NCBI GenBank assembly: GCA_943787795.1
Contig: CALSNU010000002.1
Location: forward strand, 640,001-704,000
Length of the DNA: 64,000 nucleotides
Source of the DNA: an uncultured bacterium
GTDB lineage: Bacteria; Planctomycetota; UBA1135; GCA-002686595
Reading direction: 5' to 3'
Every line of letters starts with the position of its first letter. The stretch's first letter is position 1. A program made the position numbers and the translations under genes. Shown in pieces: positions 18,710-27,700 of the stretch. The notes beneath the pieces were generated by a model. It saw only the letters and a program-made list of their open reading frames with translations. It did no database searches and had not been told where the DNA came from.

Positions 18710-19651
18710 CTACGGGCGCGGCGCGAGGCGGGCGCCTCCGCCGGGTTGGCGCCCGGCGAGGACATCGAGGGTCCCTGTGACCGCTGAGGCGCACAGCGCC
18801 GCGTAGGTCCGGCCCGTGAGGGCCGCCACGTGGGGCGTGACGATCACGCCGGGGTGCCGAAGCAGCGGATCACCGGCAGGGGGCGGCTCGGGGTCGAAGC
18901 CATCCACCGCGTAGACCGCGACGTGCTCGGCCTCGAGCGCCGAGAGCATGGCGTTCCGCTCGACCACGCCGGGCCTCGCCGTGTTGACGACGACGGCGCC
19001 CGAGGCGAGCAAGGCGAGCCGGTCCGTGTTCATGAGCCCGCGGGTCTCGTCGTCGAGGGCCACGTGGAGGCTGACCACCTCGGCGCCTGAGAGGGCGCGG
19101 TCGAGGTCCGCTTCGAAGCCGTGCACCTCCCGCGGGGAGCGGTTCCACGCCGTCACCTCGGCGCCCAGCGCGACCATGAGGGCGCGGGTCCGCTCGCCGA
19201 TGGCCCCGAGCCCGACCACGGTCACGCGCGAGCCGGCGAGGGACTCGCCGCTGAAGTGATCTCGGTCTCCCCAGCGACCCTCGCGGGCGGAGCGCGCGCT
19301 GGACACGACCTCCCGGCGGCCGGCGAGGGCCAGAGCCAGCGCGTGCTCGGAGACGGTCTCGGTCAGGGCGTTGGGGACGTGGACCACGGCGACCCCGCGG
19401 GCGGCGGCGGCGTCCCGGTCAACGTTGTCGAGGCCAACCCCCGCGCGGGTCACAACCCTGAGGGCGGGGCAGCGTGCGAGGAGCGCGTCGGTGACCTGAC
19501 CTCGGCCGCGGGTGACGATCCCCTCGATCCCGGCGAGCACGTCGTCGCCGACGGGCTCATCGGGCGCGTCGAGGGCGACGACCTCGGCGTCCGCATCCAG
19601 CGCGGCGCGGGCCGCGTGGTGCAGGGACTCGAGCAGGAGGACCTTGGGCAC
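18710..19651 (-). CDS. D-isomer-specific 2-hydroxyacid dehydrogenase
   Basis: 'RAGVGLDNVD', 'GLGAIG', 'VNTAR', 'TPHVA'. Confidence 0.9.
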   Translation of the reverse strand: MPKVLLLESLHHAARAALDADAEVVALDAPDEPVGDDVLAGIEGIVTRGRGQVTDALLARCPALRVVTRAGVGLDNVDRDAAAARGVAVVHVPNALTETVSEHALALALAGRREVVSSARSAREGRWGDRDHFSGESLAGSRVTVVGLGAIGERTRALMVALGAEVTAWNRSPREVHGFEADLDRALSGAEVVSLHVALDDETRGLMNTDRLALLASGAVVVNTARPGVVERNAMLSALEAEHVAVYAVDGFDPEPPPAGDPLLRHPGVIVTPHVAALTGRTYAALCASAVTGTLDVLAGRQPGGGARLAPRP

Positions 19652-19666
19652 GGCGCGGCTCCCCCC

Positions 19667-20833
19667 TCAGACGGGGACGGTCCACTCCTCGAGGAGGTCC
19701 CGGCGCGGGCGAAAGCCCAGGCCGGGCTCGGTCGGGGCGTCGACGCCGCCGTCGGTCACGGCGGGCTCCACCTCCGGGAGCTGGCGCAGCAGCGGGTTGC
19801 CCCCGAGGGACACCTCGAGGATGCGCGCGGCGGGGCTCGCGAAGGCCACGTGGAGGCCGGCGAGGTACGAGACAGCCGAGCCCCAAAGGTGCGGTGCGAG
19901 CTCGACCTGGGCGGTCTCCGCCAGGGTGGCGACGCGCGTCGCCTCGGTGATGCCGCCCACCAGGGCGACATCGGGCTGGAGCACGTCGGCAGCGCGCAGG
20001 CGCAGCACGTCGGCGAAGTCGAAGCGGGTCGAGAGGCTCTCGCCGATGGCGATGGGCACATCCGTGGTGGCGCGCAGCTCGGCTGCGGCGACGTGGTCGT
20101 CCAGGGGCGTGGGCTCCTCGAACCAGCGCAGGTTGGCGCTCTCCACGAGGCGCATGAGCCGCTTGGCCTCGGGGAGGCTGCAGGTGCCGTGGGCGTCGAT
20201 CATCAGCTCGATATCGGGGCCCAGGGCCTCGCGGGCGGCGAGGATCCGGGCGGCGCTGGTCTCGACGCGCCGGTCCATGGCGCCCACTCGCATCTTCACG
20301 GCCCCGAAGCCGAGGTCCACGAAGCGCTGCAGCTCGGCGCCGATGCCGTCGGCGTCAGCCCACCCGCCGGAGGCGTAGGCGGGCAGCCGGTCGTGGCAGG
20401 CGCCGCCGAGCAGCTCCACCACGGGCACCCCGTGGGCCTTGCCCGCCAGGTCCCAGAGCGCCGTGTCGATGGCGCCGATGGCCGCGACCCGGGGGCCGCG
20501 GCGGGCCACGTCCGGGAAGCTGCGCCCGCGGGAGAGGGCGAGGTCGCCCCGGCTCCCGCAGTACATGCGCTCCCAGGCGCGGGTGATGTGGCGCGGGTCC
20601 TGGCCGATCAGCGCCGGCCCGAGCTCACGCTCCACGATGGTCACCAGGGAGGCGCAGTCCCCCGCGCTCCCCACGGCGGCCTTGGCCTCGCCGAAGCCCT
20701 CGGCCCCGTCCTTGGTGCGGACGGTGACGAGCACCGCGTCGAAGGTCCGCAGCCGCCCGAAGTCGGACGTGTGCTGCTTCTCCTCGGGGATAGGTGCCCG
20801 CAGCCAGCGGGCCTCGACGGCGGCGATTTGCAT
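19667..20833 (-). CDS. Mandelate racemase/muconate lactonizing enzyme family (enolase superfamily) protein
   Basis: 'DTALWDLAGK', 'KMR', 'LMIDAH', 'WFEEP', 'GES', 'LQPD', 'APH'. Confidence 0.92.
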   Translation of the reverse strand: MQIAAVEARWLRAPIPEEKQHTSDFGRLRTFDAVLVTVRTKDGAEGFGEAKAAVGSAGDCASLVTIVERELGPALIGQDPRHITRAWERMYCGSRGDLALSRGRSFPDVARRGPRVAAIGAIDTALWDLAGKAHGVPVVELLGGACHDRLPAYASGGWADADGIGAELQRFVDLGFGAVKMRVGAMDRRVETSAARILAAREALGPDIELMIDAHGTCSLPEAKRLMRLVESANLRWFEEPTPLDDHVAAAELRATTDVPIAIGESLSTRFDFADVLRLRAADVLQPDVALVGGITEATRVATLAETAQVELAPHLWGSAVSYLAGLHVAFASPAARILEVSLGGNPLLRQLPEVEPAVTDGGVDAPTEPGLGFRPRRDLLEEWTVPV

Positions 20834-20836
20834 GGG

Positions 20837-22360
20837 TCAGGTGCTCTCTGAGGTCAGCTCGACGGCCTTGTAGCCCCCGCGTGAGCGGAAGTAGAGGATC
20901 AGGAGCAGGTAGCAGAAGAGCATCACGACGGGGAAGGCCGCGGTGGTCTTGAGCGCGTTCTTCTTCGCGCCGGCCTCGATGCCTTCGATCGCTGCCTGGT
21001 CCTTCTCCGGAGCGGCTGCCACCCGCTCGGGATCCACCGCCGTGTAGGCACCGAGCACGCTCTCCTTGTCAAGGGTGACGTACTGCTCGACCAGCTGCGT
21101 GTTGTTCGCGGCGTCGTAGCTCGCGAGGTCGGTGGAGACCTGCTTGTCCTGGATCGCGCCCAGGAACACCGCGCCCACCACGCCGACACCCAGCATCCCC
21201 ACGCCGCCAGCGGCGTTGAGAGTCAGGGCGCCGCCGCGCGGGAACTGCTCGGCGACCACGCCGAGCATGGTCGGCCAGAAGAACGACTTGCCCAGGCCGT
21301 AGAGCGTCGCGGCCACCAGGATCATGATCCCGCTGGCCGAGGACAGGGTCACCAGGCCCACGGCTGCGATGACGGAGGAGACCGCCAGCAGGCCGAGGGG
21401 GGAGATCCTGTGGACGATTGGGCCCGCGTTGAAGCGCAGCACCATCATCACGAAGGACGTGTAGACGAGGACCCAGCCGGCCTGCAGCCCGATCTCCTCC
21501 ATCGCCGGCCCCATCAGCGCGGTGATCCAGCTGTCGACGCCGAGCTCGGTGGTGGCGAGCGGGAGCATGATCAGCAGCAGGAACACGAACAGCAGGTTGC
21601 CGATCGACTGGACGTAGGCGCCGAAGCCGAGGGTGGAGACCGCGATGAGCGCCCACATGGTCATGTCGCTCCAGCCGAAGACCTTGCTGACCTCGGCGAA
21701 CATCAGGTAGTTCACCACCAGGGCGCCGAGCAGCCCGACCTCGGCCAGCATCGCCTTGAAGGACACGCCCGCCGCGACCCGCTCGTTCACGGGGAAGGTC
21801 CGGCCGAACATCATGATCGCGTAGGCGACCACGGGGATGAAGATCAGGCCGACCTTGATCTGCCAGGAGGTGTCGGTGCCGAGGGCGATGGTGAGCAGCC
21901 CGCCGAGGACGAGGCCGCCCGGCCACCCGGCGTGGAGGATGTTGAGCCACTTGGTCTTGTTGCGCACGAACATCGTGGCGACCACCGGGTTGATCACGGC
22001 CTCGACCGTGCCGTTGCCCAGGGCGACGATGAAGTTGCCGATCCACAGGTCCCAGTAGCCCTGCGCGCGGATGGTCACGACGGCGGAGACCACGTGGCAG
22101 AGGAAGGCGAAGACCATCGCGCGCCCGTAGCCGATCTTGTCGATGATCAGGCTGAACAGGACGATGCTGATGGCGAAGGGCCACAGGCCCACGCCGAAGA
22201 TCTCGCCCTTCTGGGTCTCGGTAAGGTTGAACTCTGCGGCCCAGTCGTCGATCACGAGCGCCCTGACGATGAAGCCGAAGGCGGTGGCGATGAGGGCGAT
22301 GAAGCAGGCCCAGAAGAGTCTCTTGTCGCCGTCGGAGACGGCGTCGGTTTGGTCACTCAT
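20837..22360 (-). CDS. MFS transporter (sugar or sugar-acid like)
   Basis: Many TM helices, 'LIIDKIGYGR', 'LNILHAGWPGG', 'FFWPTMLG'. ATG at 22360. Confidence 0.9.
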   Translation of the reverse strand: MSDQTDAVSDGDKRLFWACFIALIATAFGFIVRALVIDDWAAEFNLTETQKGEIFGVGLWPFAISIVLFSLIIDKIGYGRAMVFAFLCHVVSAVVTIRAQGYWDLWIGNFIVALGNGTVEAVINPVVATMFVRNKTKWLNILHAGWPGGLVLGGLLTIALGTDTSWQIKVGLIFIPVVAYAIMMFGRTFPVNERVAAGVSFKAMLAEVGLLGALVVNYLMFAEVSKVFGWSDMTMWALIAVSTLGFGAYVQSIGNLLFVFLLLIMLPLATTELGVDSWITALMGPAMEEIGLQAGWVLVYTSFVMMVLRFNAGPIVHRISPLGLLAVSSVIAAVGLVTLSSASGIMILVAATLYGLGKSFFWPTMLGVVAEQFPRGGALTLNAAGGVGMLGVGVVGAVFLGAIQDKQVSTDLASYDAANNTQLVEQYVTLDKESVLGAYTAVDPERVAAAPEKDQAAIEGIEAGAKKNALKTTAAFPVVMLFCYLLLILYFRSRGGYKAVELTSEST

Positions 22361-22587
22361 CGTTGCGGAGGCCGGCCGATGGGGGCCGGTACTGGTGGGG
22401 GCGCCAGGGGGAAGGGGTGAGAGTGAGCCTACTGGACACGGCTTTGATTGATCGGCGCTGGATGTATAGCTGCCCGTACCGCGCCGCAGATCGCGCGGGG
22501 TCAAGAGGAGGCGCCGGCGCCCCCGAGTGGGGAGCGCCGGCGCCATCGTGTCGCGCGGCCCGTGGACGGGCCAGGGCGGCGGATCGA

Positions 22588-24006
22588 TCAGATCAGGTAG
22601 CGCAGATAGATGTAGACCGTCGCGATTGCGACGGAGAACAGCATCAGCGGGAAGGCGTGCTTCAGGAAGGTCACGAAGCGGATCGGTGAACCCGCCCGCT
22701 CGGCGAAGCCCGCGACGATGAGGTTCGCGCTGGCGCCGATCAGCGAGCCGTTGCCGCCGAGGCAGGCGCCCAGGGACAGGGACCACCAGATGGTGTGCTG
22801 CTGGTCGAGGTCCAGGGTGGATCCCTGTTCGGAGAGCTGGATGAACGCCGTCTTCAGCGTCGGGATCATGGTCGCCACGAAGGGGATGTTGTCCACGATG
22901 GCGGACGCCACGGCGGAGACCCAGAGCACGGCGATGGAGAGCCGCGAGGTGACCTCGGCGCTGTTGGCGGCGCCCTCGGTAAACCCGACGACCTTCTCCG
23001 CGAGGATGTCCAGCGCGCCGGCGTTCTCGAGACCGTGGACGATCACGAACAGGCCGACGAAGAAGAAGATCGTGACCCACTCTACCTCACCAAAGGTGTG
23101 GTGGACGTTCTCGGACTTCTCCTCGGGCGTGCGGGAGAGGTTATCCAAGAGGAGCAGCAGGGCGCCGCCGACCATGGCCACCGTCGCGGGCTCGAAGCCC
23201 AAGGGGTGCCCGACCATGAAGCCGAGCAGGACGAAGGTCAGCACGGCGAGGGACTTCTTGAGGAGGGGGACGTTGGTGATCGCCTCCCTCGCCTTGAAGT
23301 TCATCACGCGGGCCATGGCCTCGTCGCTGGCGGTCAGCTTGCGCCCCCACATGACGTAGATGGGCAGCAGGGTCATGAGGAAGATGAGCGGCACGATGGG
23401 CGCCACCTCCGTCAGGAAGCTGTTGAACGTGATCGTCTCCACCTGGGAGCCGATCAGGATGTTCGGAGGATCACCGATCAGGGTCGCCGTGCCGCCGATG
23501 TTCGAGAAGAGGATCTCCGCGAACAGGAACGGATAGGGGGCGATCTCGAGCTCCTCGGTGATGAGCAGGGTCACCGGCGCGATCAGGAGCACCGTGGTGA
23601 CGTTGTCCAGCAGCGCCGATAGGACGGCCGTGACGATGGAGAGCATCACCAGGATGCCCCATGGTCGGGCGTTCACCTTCTTGGCGGACCAGATGGCGAG
23701 GAACTGGAAGACGCCGGTGCGCTGGGTCACCGCGACGATGACCATCATCCCGGTCAGGAGCCCGATGGTGTTCCAGTCGATGCCATGGATGGCGGCGGAC
23801 TGATTCGGGTAGACGCCGAAGAGGATCATCGCGCCTGCGCCCAGGAGGGCGACGACGGCGCGGTTGTACTTCTCGGTCATGATGACCCCGTACGTCAGCA
23901 CGAAGATCACCCCCGAGATCCAGAGCGGGTCCCAGCCGAACAGGGGCTCGACGCCGTGGCCTTCGCCGCCGCCGCCGAGGAGCGTGGTCGCGAGTGAGAG
24001 GATCAC
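22588..24006 (-). CDS. ArsB/NhaD family ion transporter
   Basis: 'LSALLDNVTTVL', 'NIGGTATLIGDPPN', 'SAIVDNIPFVATM', 'LGGNGSLIGASAN'. Confidence 0.92.
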   Translation of the reverse strand: MILSLATTLLGGGGEGHGVEPLFGWDPLWISGVIFVLTYGVIMTEKYNRAVVALLGAGAMILFGVYPNQSAAIHGIDWNTIGLLTGMMVIVAVTQRTGVFQFLAIWSAKKVNARPWGILVMLSIVTAVLSALLDNVTTVLLIAPVTLLITEELEIAPYPFLFAEILFSNIGGTATLIGDPPNILIGSQVETITFNSFLTEVAPIVPLIFLMTLLPIYVMWGRKLTASDEAMARVMNFKAREAITNVPLLKKSLAVLTFVLLGFMVGHPLGFEPATVAMVGGALLLLLDNLSRTPEEKSENVHHTFGEVEWVTIFFFVGLFVIVHGLENAGALDILAEKVVGFTEGAANSAEVTSRLSIAVLWVSAVASAIVDNIPFVATMIPTLKTAFIQLSEQGSTLDLDQQHTIWWSLSLGACLGGNGSLIGASANLIVAGFAERAGSPIRFVTFLKHAFPLMLFSVAIATVYIYLRYLI

Positions 24007-24461
24007 TTCTGGTCCTCCAGGATGCGCCCGATGATGTCCCAGTAGCTGACGATGCCGATCAGCTTCCCGGTGGCCTCGTCGACGACCGGGAGGTTGTTGC
24101 GAGACTCGGTCAGGTTGGCCACGACCTGGGAGATGGCCGTGTCCGGGTGGAGCACCGGGCCGATCTCTTCCGCGTACTTGCCGACCGGTTGGTCGTGCTC
24201 TTCCACGAGGCGACGCTGGAGATCAGCGAGGTCGTCGTTCAGATAGCGGAGGTTGGAGAGGTTGTCGTCCGCCACGGCGGCCTTGGGGAGGATCAGGCCG
24301 AGGAGGGCCTGGATCCCGAACTGGCCGATCATCTTTCCGCCGTCGTCCACCACCGGGACGCTTCGGAAGCGGTTGTCTCGGAGAAGCGCCGTCGCGGCGG
24401 CGACGGGCTGATCTTCACGGACCGTCACAGGGTCCGTGGTCATGATTTCACTGCAGGTCAT
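24003..24461 (-). CDS. CBS domain pair protein
   Basis: 'IMTTDPVTV', 'SVPVVD', 'LPVVDE..GKLIGIVS..DI'. 4-bp overlap with the transporter start. Confidence 0.9.
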   Translation of the reverse strand: MTCSEIMTTDPVTVREDQPVAAATALLRDNRFRSVPVVDDGGKMIGQFGIQALLGLILPKAAVADDNLSNLRYLNDDLADLQRRLVEEHDQPVGKYAEEIGPVLHPDTAISQVVANLTESRNNLPVVDEATGKLIGIVSYWDIIGRILEDQK

Positions 24462-24486
24462 AGTCGTGCGGGACAGTTGACGCCTG

Positions 24487-24512
24487 AACGCGACGGGAGA
24501 TGCGAAGTTGCA
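24487..24512 (-). promoter_or_regulatory. Putative ECF-type promoter TGCAAC-N16-CGTT
   Basis: On the minus strand, ~25 bp upstream of the CBS gene ATG. Confidence 0.4.
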
Positions 24513-24739
24513 TTGGTGGGGTGAGTCCCCCCCGTCTTGGGAAGATTCATCGGCAGGTCGGCATCACTTCACGGGAAGAAAGCCGGAACCCCTCGGATCT
24601 CGACCAAGTTCATGGCGCCTTCAGCCTCCCCCGCATTGAAGTCGGAAAGTCCCGCGAGGTCATGGTCCCGGAGGTTCCGGGTGAACGCGGCCCCGAGGGG
24701 GCTCGCCGCGCCGTGACTCCCCTGCCTGGGGAGGACCGT

Positions 24740-27700
24740 TCACTGGAGGGTCACGGAGATCCCGTCGGTCAGGTTCGACGTGATGCTCGGATTTGCGTCT
24801 CGGTACCAGGCCTGGAAGTTCCAGGTCTCCCCCGGCGCCGCGGAGACGAAGCCCGTCGGGCTGGGGAGGGAGCCGAGGTCCAGGGTCAGGCTGAAGGTCC
24901 CGGTGTTCCCCGCGGACTGGATCTCTCCGGGGCCGACGAACCGCCCGATGGCGCCCCCGAGGCAGAGCGCTCCCTGGCTTGCGGGCACCGGGAAGGTGAA
25001 GCCCTGACTCTGGGACGTGAGGAAGAACCCGAAGGAGCTGCTCGGGACCGACGTGGCGGTGATCTCCAGGCTGTTCCTGGAGCGGGTGACACTCCCGATG
25101 GCGCGGACCGTTGCGGGGCTCCCCGTTGAGTTCGGAACGGCAGGCGAGCAATAGCGGACACCGACCTCCTCGCAGGAGTCCAGCTCGCCGTTCCCGTTGG
25201 CGTCCAGACCGGGGTCCGCCGCGATCTCGCAGGCGTCAAGGATGGCGTTCCCGTTGCAGTCTGCGGCTCCCGCGGCGATCTGGCACTCGTCGGGTACACC
25301 GTCGAGGTCGCAGTCTGCGCTCGTACCGGTGGCAATGTCGAAGGCGTCCGCGAGCCCGTTCCCGTTGCAGTCGATGCTGCCTGACCGATTCTCGTACCAG
25401 ACGATCCGGTCGCCGGTCAACGAGGCCGCGGCCACGTCGATGTCCCCGTCTCCGTCGAGGTCCGCGAGCTCGATGGCCGTCGCGCCGTCCAGGTCGTCGG
25501 CGATCACCGCCGCGGCCCCGAAGGTGCCGGCGCCGAGGTTCTCGAACCAGAGGACCTGGTCCAGCAGGAATGACGTGGCGACGACGTCGGCGTCGCCGTC
25601 GCCGTCGAGGTCGGCGGCCTCTGTCGCGAAGGCGGCCTCGACGTTCATTCCGATGGATGTTTGAGGCCCGAATATGCCGGCTCCAAGGTTCTCGAACCAG
25701 ACGACCTCGTCGTCGCCCCCGAGGGCCGCCAGGACGTCGACCAGGCTGTCTCCGTTCAGGTCCACCCCGCGCACGTACTGTGCGCCGCCCGCGCTGCCGG
25801 AGAGGATCGTCCCGTTGCCCCAGGAGTTCCCAGGGAGGTTCTCGAACCACGTGATGCGGTTGTCGAGGAACGAGGCCGCCAGGATGTCGGGGTCGCCGTC
25901 GCCGTCGAGATCCGCCGTATCCACCGACCTCGGAAAGTCGACCGAGGAGGTGACCTGACCGGGGGGCGCGAAGGAGGCACCACCCTGGTTACGAAGCGTT
26001 GAGATCGAATTGGTACTGGGAGAGCTCACCACCAGATCGACCCGGGTGTTGCCGTTGAGATCCGCAGCCGCCAGCGAGAATGGCCCGGTGATGGAGGTGG
26101 AGATCACCTGCTCAGGCACGAACGACCCGCCGACGTTCTCGAACCAGGCGACCTTGTTGTCACCGCCGGATACGGACACCACGTCGGTGTCGCCATCTCG
26201 GTCCAAATCCGCAACCTCTACAGCCCAGGCTTGGAGCGCGTTGTTCGTGAGCACCTGCTGGGCGCCAAAGGTCCCTGTCCCGAGGTTCTCGTACCAGGCG
26301 ATCGTGTTGTCGCCGCTCGACGCGGAGACGAGGTCGAGGTCGCCGTCGCCGTCCACGTCGAGGGATCGAATGGAGCTCGGCGCGTCGGTCAGGTCCGTGA
26401 TCAACCGCTCACCCCCGAAGAGCGCAAGTTCGCACTCGTCGGGGATCCCGTTGCCGTTGGTGTCGAGCGACGAACCGGCCGCGAGGTCGCACTGGTCCAG
26501 GATGCCGTTACCGTTGCAGTCAAGGCTGGTCCCGGCCGCAAGCTCGCAGCTATCGGGGATCATGTTCATGTTGCAGTCGACCTCGAGGCCGGCCGCGATG
26601 TCACAGCGGTCCGGGACCCCGTTGCCATTGCAGTCGTTGGCCGATCCCGAGCTGAGCTCGCAGAGGTCGAGGAGGCCGTTGGCATCGCAGTCTGCCGCCG
26701 TCCCGGCCGCGATCTCACAGGCGTCGATCAGGCCGTTCCCGTTACAGTCGTTCGCGCTACCGCTGGCGATCTCACAGCTGTCCAGCACGCCGTTTGCGTT
26801 GCAGTCTGATGCCGCACCGCTGGTGATCTCGCACTCATCCGGGATGCCGTTGGCATTGCAGTCAGCCGAGGATCCCGATGAGACGTCGCACTGGTCGAGG
26901 ATGCCGTTGCCGTTGCAATCGCTCGCGGTGCCCGCGCGAAGCTCGCAGCTGTCCAGCACACCGTTGCCGTTGCAATCTTGCTCCGTACCGCTGGCGATCT
27001 CGCACTCGTCCGGAATGCCGTTGGCGTTGCAGTCTTCAGAGACTCCCGAGGCGATGTCGCACTCATCGGGGGCCGAGTTCCCGTTGCAGTCCTGGGAAGA
27101 GCCTGTGGTCAGGTCGCACTCATCGAGGACTCCGTTCCCGTTGCAGTCGCTTGCGGTCCCGGCCGCGAGTTCGCAGCTGTCGAGGACCCCGTTCCCGTTG
27201 CAATCCTGCTCGGCGCCGCTGGCGATCTCGCACTCGTCCGGAATGCCGTTGGCGTTGCAGTCTTCAGAGACTCCCGAGGCGATGTCACACTCATCGGGGG
27301 CCGAGTTCCCGTTGCAATCGCCTGCGGTGCCGGCCGCGAGCTCGCAGCTGTCGAGCACGCCATTCCTATTGCAGTCCTGCTCGGCGCCGCTGGCGATCTC
27401 GCACTCGTCGGGGGCGGAGTTTCCGTTGCAGTCCAGGGAGGTGCCAGCGGCAAGGTCGCACTCTCGAGGACCCCGTTGCCGTTGCAGTCGAAGGCTGTCC
27501 CGGCCGCAAGTTCACAGCTGTCGAGGACGCTGTTCCCGTTGCAGTCCTGCTCGGCGCCGCTGGCGATCTCGCACTCGTCGGGGATCGAGTTTCCGTTGCA
27601 GTCCAGGGAAGTGCCAGCGGTCAGGTCGCACTCATCGAGGACGCCGTTCCCGTTGCAATCACTCGCGGTCCCGGCCGCGAGCTCGCAGCTGTCGAGCACG

